The notes: generated by a model not told the origin, from the letters alone. A DNA stretch of 64,000 nt from Methanobacteriota archaeon (GCA_013288705.1 JABDBI010000002.1:880-64879); one strand, 5' to 3'; numbered from the stretch's first letter, positions 7,660 through 15,448 are shown. Made by a program: numbers and translations.

Positions 7660-7881
7660 CAGGTGCTTCCGATTGCTTGTGTGATCGCCGCCATTGTACG
7701 CCATTCTGGATTTCCATTGTAAGAGAATCTGCGGCTGGCTTCTATTTTCTGCCGGCGGCTGCAAGGCATGCGAGATACCTTCTCTAAAAAGTAAGTTTCT
7801 TGTTCTGACTACTGCAAAATCTAAAGTACACTAACACTGGTTGGTAATGCTGCTAATCATGCGTTTTCAGGCTATCTGAAA

Positions 7882-9783
7882 GTGATTAAAAAATTGCGCA
7901 TCAAAATGTTGAAGTTGACAATCGGAGATATGCAACAACTCGCGACGTTTCGCGGCGGAAAATGCCTTTCGAAAGACTTCAAGAATAATACTACGACACT
8001 TAGATGGGAATGCAAAAAGGGCCACGTCTGGGAAGCGATTCCAAAAAGCATTCGTAGAGGGAGTTGGTGCCCCAGCTGTGCGGGTCGTCGGAAAACGATC
8101 GATGATATGAGGGCCTTTGCTAAAAGAAAGGGCGGCGATTGCCTGTCTGAGAAATATATTCGAGGCGATGTCCCACTTCGGTGGAAATGTTCGAAGGGAC
8201 ACATTTGGGAGGCCAAACCACAGTCTGTTCTTCATCAAACAAGCTGGTGCCATATCTGTTCAAAAAGGCAACGCTACACACTTGACGATATGATTGCGCT
8301 GGCAAAAGAAAGGGGTGGGCGTTGCCTTTCGAAAAAATACGCCAACGTCTTCACCAAGATGAAATGGGAGTGCAGTCAAAAGCACAGATGGTCTGTAGCC
8401 GCCACGGGCGTTATCAGAGGCAGTTGGTGCCCCAAATGCGACACAAGCTTTGGTGAAGAGCTCACAAGGGCATTCTTTGAGGCTTTGTTTAACACACATT
8501 TTCCTTCCGCATGGCCAGATTGGCTAAGGAGCGCGAAGGGGCACGTTCTCGAGCTCGACGGATATAACGAGCCTTTGAAACTCGCTTTTGAACACCAAGG
8601 CAGCCATCATTACAGCACCAGTTCGAGTTTCATTTTTTCCGACGAGGATCTCAAGAATCGTAGGGCCACCGATAGGCGAAAGCGGTATTTGTGTAGGAAG
8701 CTTGGTGTGCGGTTGATAGCAGTGCCGCAAGTGCCTCGCTATCAACCAATACAAACTCTTGAATCCTTCATCAGAAAGAAGTGTCACACTTTGGGAGTCA
8801 CTGTGCCCCTGCCAGAAGGTGAGCTTAGGGTCAATTGGAAAAAAGTATACTGCCCGGATTCCCAGCGCTATTTAGAAGAGCTGAGGAACCTCGCCAGGGC
8901 AAGGAATGGCAAATTGTTGTCGGACAGATATCTCGGCATGCAGACTAAATTGCGATGGCAGTGCGACGACGGGCATGAATGGGCGGCCCAACCTGCCAGC
9001 ATAAAAGCAGGAACTTGGTGTGCATTTTGCAGCACACACCCACCAGCTTCAATTGCAGATATGCATGAACTGGCTGCTAGATATCACGGTAGATGCCTCT
9101 CAAAAATTTACAAAAACGCGACGACAAAAATCAAATGGGAATGTGAATTTGGTCATCGGTGGAAGTCGTTGGCCAGAAATGTGAAAGCTGATCATTGGTG
9201 TCCCAGATGTGGTGGTCGACAAAAGTATACGCTCAAAGAAATGCAACAATTCGCAAGACAATTGGGCGGAGCATGCCTTTCAAACGAATATCTTGGGATT
9301 AGTGAGAAACTAAAATGGAAGTGTGCTCAGGGGCATATTTGGGATGCGCCGCCCGCGCAAATTGTTGGAAAACACTGGTGCCTTGCATGTGCAGCCAAGG
9401 AGCGAGGGAGAAAGCGAAGGCTGACCATCGAAGAAATGCATGAGATTGCTGCAAGCAGAGAGGGAAAGTGCTTATCAAAGGAATATCTAACAGCGCAAAC
9501 ACACCTCGAGTGGGAGTGCAAAAAAGGTCACAAGTGGTGGGCCAAGCCGAACAATATAAAAAATGGCAAGTGGTGTCCGTTTTGTTTTGGTCGCGGTAAA
9601 ACGATTGTCGATATGAAAAGACTTGCCACTGAACGGGAAGGTTGCTGCCTCTCAGAGGAATATTTCGGCATGCATGCGAAGCTACGTTGGCAGTGTGAAA
9701 AAAAGCATGTCTGGGAGGCCACGCCTGCGCATATTTTGCATGGAGGGACCTGGTGTCCTTTTTGCGTTGGTCGAAAGCCATGA
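7882..9783 (+). CDS. multi-zinc-ribbon repeat protein with central PD-(D/E)xK-like nuclease-type core
   Basis: Eight ~60-aa repeats of the form GG.CLS..Y.....L.W.C..GH.W.A....I..G.WCP.C, three N-terminal and five C-terminal. They flank a core with VLELDGYNEPLKLAFEHQGSHHY...RLIAVP. Starts at GTG 7882 or ATG 7906. Confidence 0.75.
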   Translation: MIKKLRIKMLKLTIGDMQQLATFRGGKCLSKDFKNNTTTLRWECKKGHVWEAIPKSIRRGSWCPSCAGRRKTIDDMRAFAKRKGGDCLSEKYIRGDVPLRWKCSKGHIWEAKPQSVLHQTSWCHICSKRQRYTLDDMIALAKERGGRCLSKKYANVFTKMKWECSQKHRWSVAATGVIRGSWCPKCDTSFGEELTRAFFEALFNTHFPSAWPDWLRSAKGHVLELDGYNEPLKLAFEHQGSHHYSTSSSFIFSDEDLKNRRATDRRKRYLCRKLGVRLIAVPQVPRYQPIQTLESFIRKKCHTLGVTVPLPEGELRVNWKKVYCPDSQRYLEELRNLARARNGKLLSDRYLGMQTKLRWQCDDGHEWAAQPASIKAGTWCAFCSTHPPASIADMHELAARYHGRCLSKIYKNATTKIKWECEFGHRWKSLARNVKADHWCPRCGGRQKYTLKEMQQFARQLGGACLSNEYLGISEKLKWKCAQGHIWDAPPAQIVGKHWCLACAAKERGRKRRLTIEEMHEIAASREGKCLSKEYLTAQTHLEWECKKGHKWWAKPNNIKNGKWCPFCFGRGKTIVDMKRLATEREGCCLSEEYFGMHAKLRWQCEKKHVWEATPAHILHGGTWCPFCVGRKP

Positions 9784-9801
9784 TTCGGCTGGACTGCACC
9801 C

Positions 9802-9823
9802 CCTCCGGCTGGAGGTTTTTTTT
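9802..9823 (+). terminator. rho-independent terminator
   Basis: CCTCC-ggct-GGAGG followed by T8, 19 nt after the stop at 9783. Confidence 0.7.
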
Positions 9824-9995
9824 GGAAAGTTGCATGACTTTTTGAATGCCTCAAGAAAATTCAGGTGTTGGCAATAAAAGACTAGCCACCCTCACAATCA
9901 TAGACAGGGTCACTTTAGTTGGCAAAGAGAGCGCTTCTGGATATACTTTAATTGAGAATCAAAGTTAACGCTGCTCGCGTTTGGACTAAGCACTT

Positions 9996-10844
9996 ATGGG
10001 AATTTTTAACTGGTTGGATAGAGTCATTCAGCCCCAAAAAAAAGAAACTAGCCCCAGTCTTATTCTGACGATCGCTGTTCCAACTTGCGAGGACTGTGGC
10101 ACGGGTGCAAAAGCCGATGGCAGAAGGGCAGAGTGCCCAAGTTGTCATCATGCGCTAAAAAAAATCCCAGAGCGAAAGCAAAAATGCCCTTTCTGTCAGA
10201 AATTTATGCTTGTCCGAACTCAACCAAACGATCGCGTTCGAGTCATTGTCACAGAAGATGGGGCTCAAAAAATTGATGACGAATGGGACATGATTACCGG
10301 CAGACTCGACGCCCAACTCGCCAAAAAAAAAGATTTTGAAGATGAAAAGGAGTACTTAAAAAATAAGCGGCATGGCCATGAACCCTCAGACAATGATGTG
10401 AATTGGAGCATGTTTAACAAAGACCTAAGGAAACAGGCAAGCAACAAAAACTGGGGAGGATATCGAAACACAAGGTCTCAAATGGCAGCTTTGCTAGCGT
10501 CGGAAAATAAATTAAAGGCTGCCTTAGCAACTTACCTGGAAGTATGTTACTGGGACTTGAACTTCCTAGCACTCTTGGATGCCAAAGAAAAAGAGCTGGC
10601 CGATTTTTTTCAGGATGGTCGCCCACATCAACGGAAAGACCCCCCTGGGCATTCCGGCGCAATGCTTGCTCCAGGAATCGTTAAAATAGTTGGTAAACTG
10701 GCCAAGAAATTGACCTTGCAAGAAGAAGAGATTCATCTAATTTTCGTTGAAGGTAATAGCGGCGTAGCGAAAAACTTCCGGTTGCCTCGCTCCGTTGAAG
10801 AGTGTTGGCCGGAGCTTGAAGAGTCTCTTTCTAAATTCGGCTAG
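9996..10844 (+). CDS. hypothetical protein with N-terminal CxxC zinc-ribbon motifs
   Basis: 282 aa with CEDCG...CPSCHH...CPFCQ near the N-terminus. The rest is Lys/Glu-rich and helical. No family recognised. Confidence 0.6.
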   Translation: MGIFNWLDRVIQPQKKETSPSLILTIAVPTCEDCGTGAKADGRRAECPSCHHALKKIPERKQKCPFCQKFMLVRTQPNDRVRVIVTEDGAQKIDDEWDMITGRLDAQLAKKKDFEDEKEYLKNKRHGHEPSDNDVNWSMFNKDLRKQASNKNWGGYRNTRSQMAALLASENKLKAALATYLEVCYWDLNFLALLDAKEKELADFFQDGRPHQRKDPPGHSGAMLAPGIVKIVGKLAKKLTLQEEEIHLIFVEGNSGVAKNFRLPRSVEECWPELEESLSKFG

Positions 10845-11040
10845 GCTGATAATTGGCGAATTGGGCGTCAGATACAAGGCACGCACTAGCATTTGTTTGA
10901 GCCAGTAAGTCGCATCCCATATAACGCGCGAGCAAACAATCCTGAAATACAGAATGCGTCGACTTCGCATTGGCAGTGGACAATGACTGGCAAAGCTGAT
11001 CGCTGCCGCTCGCGTCATCCAAAATGAGGATGAATGGATC

Positions 11041-11132
11041 GGGCACGTACTAACACTTGCTACTACTAGAACCTCCACTTACTCAGCTCCCTTAGCATGT
11101 AGTCGAGTAAGAGTACGTGATAGTGTGTGCCC
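11041..11132. repeat. 92-bp imperfect palindrome built from two inverted copies of the island repeat core
   Basis: Outer arms are gggcacGTacta (11041-11052) and tagtGTgtgccc (11121-11132). Inner arms are cttactc (11078-11084) and gagtaag (11105-11111). The right half aligns to the reverse complement of the repeats at 11648 and 12483. Confidence 0.75.
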
Positions 11133-11301
11133 GACATGTTCACCTCGGCGCTCGGGTTTTCAGAACTATGACTACACCCTTTCAATCCGCCCAATACCCG
11201 ATGTGGCGCAAACGGCTTGCCCGTATAATTCAATTAAAAAACGCGCAAACAGCAGGCGGATTTCCCGTCGCTGCAAGCTCGCTCATATCGGGGGGATATT
11301 T

Positions 11302-11565
11302 ATGTTGGATCGAATAAGAGCAGTGACTTATGTTTTAAAGGATCGCGGTCGAATCGCAGGTCTTGGTGGCAATTGGGGGACGACAACTGAAAGCGAAGCC
11401 ATTGCTGACATCGAATTGGGGCGCCACATCTATATTGCTGTCAGCGGCGATTGTGAGTCGAAGGTAGAAGTAGTAAACGGTGAGACAAGAAAGTACCTAA
11501 GGACAAATCGTGATCGTACCCCCAAAGACAATCTTGATTGGCTCCCTGCCTGCAACATGACCTAA
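11302..11565 (+). CDS. DUF3892 domain protein
   Basis: 87 aa ending ...VEVVNGETRKYLRTNRDRTPKDNLDWLPAC. GGGGGA RBS before ATG 11302. A perfect TATAAT lies at 11224-11229. Confidence 0.7.
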   Translation: MLDRIRAVTYVLKDRGRIAGLGGNWGTTTESEAIADIELGRHIYIAVSGDCESKVEVVNGETRKYLRTNRDRTPKDNLDWLPACNMT

Positions 11566-11571
11566 AAGGGC

Positions 11572-11600
11572 AGGCCAGGCGTCGCTGCGGCGCTTGGCCT
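11572..11600. terminator. strong hairpin between convergent genes (no U-tract)
   Basis: aggccaggcgtcg-ctg-cggcgcttggcct, a 13-bp stem including 2 G-U pairs. Confidence 0.3.
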
Positions 11601-11647
11601 TGGATGGACGATAGGAATAGGCACAAATAGTGAAAATGTCGAATGAA

Positions 11648-11720
11648 ATGAAAGAATGAAAGTGCCGAGCACACACTAACACTTGCTCGACTGCATCGCG
11701 GGCACTCAAGCTAAAACCAA
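11648..11720 (+). repeat. 73-nt structured intergenic repeat, copy B
   Basis: Tandem TGAAAG half-sites 8 nt apart, then gagcaCACACTAACACTtgctc (5-bp stem) nested in AGTGCC...GGCACT. Identical to copy C at 58 of 73 positions by hand alignment. Confidence 0.8.
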
Positions 11721-11738
11721 TGAATGCCAAGTCGGGAT

Positions 11739-12344
11739 TCAAAACAAAATGCCAGCGTTTTCCCGGATTTCCCTCGACAGACCACGCATCTTACCGACAG
11801 CGAGACCTTCATGACCTCCCGCACGAATCCCTTCCACCTCCTTGCGAAACGCAAGCAGCTCAGTCACCAGCGGGAGCTCGTCTACGCGCAGCGCGAAGTC
11901 GGCAAGACGGCGTTTGCCGAGCCGTCGGTCAATAACCGCCAGAGCTCGCATAACGACGGAATCATCGTCCAACGCCTGCTCTATGGAAAGGTTTAGGTAT
12001 CCTTCTAACTCATAGTAGAGGTTGTCGTAGGTCATCGACCCCTGACGCAATAAGACGGCGTTTGCTTGGCGCTGTGCATCATGGTAGCCCGCGTTTTGAG
12101 CCGGGTCGTTGTAGTCCGCACACTTGTTAGCTTCTCGAAGGGCGGTCTGTAATTTCCACTCGGCCATCCAATGTCCTAGCGTCGCGAAAGAAGCGATCTC
12201 CCGTTTATCGAGAGTAATCCACCCTCGACCTTCGCTGTCGTGGGAATGTCTGTAGCGTGCAGCATGAACCGAAACACGGCCCTGAACGCTTCGGGCAAAA
12301 CCGTTTTCAATGCGCTTTTTTAATTGTGTCCATTGCATATGCAT
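11739..12344 (-). CDS. SF0329-family-like hypothetical protein
   Basis: MHMQWTQLKKRIENGFARSVQGRVSVHAARYRHSHDSEGRGWITLDKREI matches my recollection of the N-terminal signature of that family. Function unknown. Confidence 0.6.
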   Translation of the reverse strand: MHMQWTQLKKRIENGFARSVQGRVSVHAARYRHSHDSEGRGWITLDKREIASFATLGHWMAEWKLQTALREANKCADYNDPAQNAGYHDAQRQANAVLLRQGSMTYDNLYYELEGYLNLSIEQALDDDSVVMRALAVIDRRLGKRRLADFALRVDELPLVTELLAFRKEVEGIRAGGHEGLAVGKMRGLSREIRENAGILF

Positions 12345-12482
12345 CCTTTCCTAAACAATTTGATGTCGTATCGCAACAAATTGTGACTCGCACAGCGTGC
12401 GTGTGCCCCAGATACGCGCCTAACGCACTAGCACCTGCTAGAGCCTAAGCCGCTAATGGTTTGCTTTAAGAACTGGAATCAA

Positions 12483-12555
12483 GTGAAAGAGTGAAAGTGT
12501 CGGGCCCACACTAACACTTGCTCGATGACAGCGCGTGCACCCGATCCGAAACCAA
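12483..12555 (+). repeat. 73-nt structured intergenic repeat, copy C
   Basis: Same architecture as copy B. It ends 1 nt before the hicB stop codon. A degenerate extra core (gcctaacgcactagcacctgctaga) lies at 12418-12441. Confidence 0.8.
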
Positions 12556-12876
12556 CTAAGCAGCCAACTTCGCACTAACAAGACGATTCAACGACACATG
12601 TGCCTCATGAGCCTCGACAGCGAGCCTTCGATGTACGTCCTGTGGAACGCGAACCTGAAATTTGCCACTAAAGTGTTTCTTTGACAGCGGCTCTGGAATT
12701 TTCTCTTTTCTGATGTGCAGGTCCTCTAAAACTTCTGCCACAACCTTCCGAATTCCTCTAAAGGCGCCGTCTTGTGTTTTTGCTAGCCAACTTAGACTCG
12801 GAAACTCAGCACATAACCCAACATATTCGTCGTCTTCTTCAGACCACACAACGCGATAGCAATATTTGTCATGCAT
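12556..12876 (-). CDS. hicB: HicB-family antitoxin
   Basis: YCYRVVWSEEDDEYVGLCAEFPSLSWLAKT (HicB N-domain) and a C-terminal RHH-like GKFQVRVPQDVHRRLAVEAHEAHVSLNRLV. ATG 12876 overlaps the hicA stop. Confidence 0.85.
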   Translation of the reverse strand: MHDKYCYRVVWSEEDDEYVGLCAEFPSLSWLAKTQDGAFRGIRKVVAEVLEDLHIRKEKIPEPLSKKHFSGKFQVRVPQDVHRRLAVEAHEAHVSLNRLVSAKLAA

Positions 12877-13126
12877 GGCTCTCTTCCTCCTTCCTCTCAA
12901 TTGCCTTGAGCACTTGCCTAACTTGATAAGCCTTGGCTTTTCCTTTATCGTTCTGAATATTCACTCTTGGATCGCCTTCCCATGGCGTCTTAAAAACCAT
13001 GTGACTACTCCCAGACTGACGCGGCTTCCCGAAATAATGCTCGCAAATCTTGGCAAGGTCAGAAAAGCGTATGCTTTTTGGGCTATTACGCATTTTCTCC
13101 AAGATTTCTTCAAACTTTTCACCCAT
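12869..13126 (-). CDS. hicA: HicA-family toxin (mRNA interferase)
   Basis: MGEKFEEILEKMRNSPKSIRFSDLAKICEHYFGKPRQSGSSHMVFKTPWEGDPRVNIQ, including the conserved GSH. It lies upstream of and overlaps hicB. Confidence 0.8.
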   Translation of the reverse strand: MGEKFEEILEKMRNSPKSIRFSDLAKICEHYFGKPRQSGSSHMVFKTPWEGDPRVNIQNDKGKAKAYQVRQVLKAIERKEEESHA

Positions 13127-13130
13127 GGCT

Positions 13131-13154
13131 AATAGTATCATTACTGATACTATT
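13131..13154. promoter_or_regulatory. perfect palindromic operator candidate at the hicA start
   Basis: AATAGTATCA-ttac-TGATACTATT, ending 4 nt from the hicA ATG. It overlaps a possible -10 (TACTAT) with TTGCAA 17 nt upstream on the minus strand. Confidence 0.5.
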
Positions 13155-13242
13155 TTGCAAATCAATTGGTGCCGAGCTGAAGAGTGGAGAGCAAGGTGCC
13201 ACAAAATAGCTTTTCACCAAGCTATCTATCTATAATACCCAA

Positions 13243-14751
13243 ATGGTTCTACATCCCCTCTCCAAGTCCCAATACCTCAAAGGCCGCCACTGCATCCGCC
13301 GCGTCTGGCTCTACAACTGGCACCGCGAACTCATGCAGCCTCCCAGCGAAGTGCAACAATCTATCTTTCAGCAAGGCCACGACGTCGGTCGCTTAGCTCA
13401 CCAGCTTTTTCCTGGTGGCATTGAAATCACCGAGGACCACAATGACCCCGCCGGCGCGCTGAGCAGCACGCAGGTAGCTATCCAATCTGGCGCTCCGGCT
13501 GTTTTTGAAGCGGCATTCGAATTTGACAGCATCCTGATTCGCACAGATATCCTCGCAAAAAACAACGACGGCTCATGGTCTCTCCACGAAGTGAAAAGTT
13601 CCACGAAGGTGAAGGACGAACATTTTCAAGACGTGGCCGTGCAGAAATATGTGCTTGACCACTGCGGGTTCAATATCCGCAACGCAAATCTCATCCATTT
13701 GAATCACCAATTTGTACGCCAAGGTGAGATTTCTCCCGAGAAGTTGTTCACCACAGAAACGCTCGATCGAAATGATAAGTTTATTGAGGCCTATGCGGAG
13801 ATTCCAATATACTTAGCGCGGATTCGCGATGCGTTAGCAAAAGATGAAGTCCCCGAGCAAATGCTCGGATCAATCTGCAAAAATCCCTATGAATGTGAGT
13901 TCAAGAGCCATTGCTGGGCATCGGTGCCCGCAAACTCTATTCATTATCTCGTAGATATCCGCGACAAAAAACGCGAGGCGTTGCTTTCGATGGGCATCGA
14001 CGAAGTTGGCAATATACCAGATAGCTTTGCACTTTCCGAGAATCAGCGGGTTCAGGTTCACGCGGAACGCTTAGGAAAGGCTATCATCGATTACGATGCA
14101 ATAAAGAAACATCTCCAAGAACTCTCATATCCGTTGTGGTTCGTCGATTTTGAAACTGTCGGCTTTGCCATTCCTGCATATGATGGCACTAAACCCTACG
14201 AGCATTTGCCTTTCCAATTTTCGTTGCATGTTCAGGCGGAGCCAGGTGGTTCGCTTGAACATCATGAATTTTTGTTCGACGAGAAAAGTGATTCACGCAG
14301 AAATTTGGCAGCCACGCTATGTTCTTTAGTCGGTGATGAAGGCAGCATCATCGCTTATCACGCGTCATTTGAAGCGGGTCGGATAAAGGAACTTGCTCAG
14401 CTATGTCCCGAGCTCTCGACGAAGTTGCAGTCTATGCTGGGGCGTATTTGGGATCTCGAAAAACCCTTTGCGGAGCGCTGGTATTGTCATCCGCAATTTC
14501 ATGGCCGTTCATCTCTTAAGAGTGTACTGCCAGTAGTTGTCCCCGAACTCTCCTACGACGATATGGAAATTGGCAAGGGTGATTTGGCGCAGCTAAAATA
14601 CACGGAGATGCTGGATTTGCTCAAAACAAGCGAGGCGCATCGCAAAATCAAGAAGGACCTTTTGGCGTATTGTGGGCAAGATACATTTGCGATGGTCAAA
14701 ATTTTGGCGGTGCTAACAAGGCAGATTGCGTTGTCGTCGAACAAGTGTTAG
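13243..14751 (+). CDS. DUF2779 protein: Cas4/RecB-like PD-(D/E)xK nuclease N-domain + DEDD-type exonuclease-like C-domain
   Basis: N-terminus LSKSQYLKGRHCIRRVWL. Cys cluster C...CKNPYECEFKSHC. C-half WFVDFETVGFAIP (D-x-E), YHASFE, YCGQDTFAMV. Confidence 0.75.
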   Translation: MVLHPLSKSQYLKGRHCIRRVWLYNWHRELMQPPSEVQQSIFQQGHDVGRLAHQLFPGGIEITEDHNDPAGALSSTQVAIQSGAPAVFEAAFEFDSILIRTDILAKNNDGSWSLHEVKSSTKVKDEHFQDVAVQKYVLDHCGFNIRNANLIHLNHQFVRQGEISPEKLFTTETLDRNDKFIEAYAEIPIYLARIRDALAKDEVPEQMLGSICKNPYECEFKSHCWASVPANSIHYLVDIRDKKREALLSMGIDEVGNIPDSFALSENQRVQVHAERLGKAIIDYDAIKKHLQELSYPLWFVDFETVGFAIPAYDGTKPYEHLPFQFSLHVQAEPGGSLEHHEFLFDEKSDSRRNLAATLCSLVGDEGSIIAYHASFEAGRIKELAQLCPELSTKLQSMLGRIWDLEKPFAERWYCHPQFHGRSSLKSVLPVVVPELSYDDMEIGKGDLAQLKYTEMLDLLKTSEAHRKIKKDLLAYCGQDTFAMVKILAVLTRQIALSSNKC

Positions 14752-14761
14752 GGCCATCCCC

Positions 14762-15373
14762 CTAAACGAATCTCACCTTGCGCGGAAACAAATAAATCAA
14801 AGGAACCAGCACAAATATCGTCAGAGATATGTATACCGAAATAAAGGCACCCACAATCGATAGTGACCAAAGCGATAAGCCCCAATAAGTCCATCGGAAT
14901 GATCTCTTTCTTTCTTCGAGGGTAATGTGGTCGTGATGAAGATCGCTCCTAATAAATGCATAGTATCGCATCAACGAAAAACTCAGAGATGCCATAAACA
15001 AAACGGAGCCATAAAATATTGCGGCTGTTTTGCTGCTAGGGTACGTCCCCACAAACGACGTTGGAAAGGGAACAAAGCAAAGCCAAAATAGGAGAAGATT
15101 ATTTAACCAAAGAAGCGTCGTGTCGACCTTCTTGAGGGCGTGAAAAAATTCGTGATGGTTAACCCAGAAAACGCATATCGTGAAAAAACTAAGGCCAAAT
15201 CCAATAATTTGCGGCAGGACTGGTGCCAATTCCTTTAAACCGATTTGGGTCGTCGGGTTCTTGATGATATCTGATATTTTTATATTCAATACGAGAAGCG
15301 TGGCGACGACGCCGAAAACGCCGTCGCTGAATGATTCAATTCGAGATGTAGACAGAGAATGATCGTGCACCAT
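14762..15373 (-). CDS. TMEM175-family (DUF1211) potassium channel
   Basis: SRIESFSDGVFGVVATLLVLNI signature (RxxxFSD in TM1) and six hydrophobic helices. Confidence 0.8.
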   Translation of the reverse strand: MVHDHSLSTSRIESFSDGVFGVVATLLVLNIKISDIIKNPTTQIGLKELAPVLPQIIGFGLSFFTICVFWVNHHEFFHALKKVDTTLLWLNNLLLFWLCFVPFPTSFVGTYPSSKTAAIFYGSVLFMASLSFSLMRYYAFIRSDLHHDHITLEERKRSFRWTYWGLSLWSLSIVGAFISVYISLTIFVLVPLIYLFPRKVRFV

Positions 15374-15448
15374 CTACTTGAATGTAGCAGAATCCCCAAC
15401 CGCGTGTCATGGTTCGTGGTGTTTTTCCCATTCGGAGAGAAAATCCAC

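Noticed and set aside
7882-9783. Possible CRISPR or tandem DNA repeat array, suggested by periodic ~180-nt repetition.
   Set aside because: The periodicity exists only at protein level (zinc-ribbon repeats, ~30-45% identity). There are no conserved DNA direct repeats or spacers, and the region is one continuous ORF.
9887-9896. 10-nt match (ccaccctcac) to the mutL palindromic element, in the intergenic region after the zinc-ribbon gene.
   Set aside because: The match is too short to separate from chance in a 64-kb window read on both strands, and no adjacent hairpin arms are present.
10831-11046. 71-aa minus-strand ORF (GTG start inside repeat A) as the occupant of the 458-nt gap.
   Set aside because: It has a non-ATG start embedded in the repeat and no RBS. 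It overlaps the 3' end of the 282-aa gene and has no recognisable features. It cannot be supported from sequence alone.
11041-11063. Sigma-54 promoter reading of GGCAC...TTGC within the repeat core.
   Set aside because: The GG-to-GC spacing is 17 nt instead of the rigid 12-nt register (TGGCAC-N5-TTGC). Copies B and C lack the GG.
10845-12556. Integron gene-cassette array. The evidence for it: small orphan ORFs and a TA module separated by conserved structured repeats containing RYYYAAC/GTTRRRY-like words (GCCTAAC at 12418, CACTAAC, GTTAGTG).
   Set aside because: Repeat orientation flips with gene orientation (copy A versus B/C). Within a single repeat, the TAAC and GTTA words are not present as the inverted R''/R' pair on the same strand. 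The arm spacing in the 92-bp palindrome does not fit R''-L''...L'-R'. No intI or attI is visible in the window.
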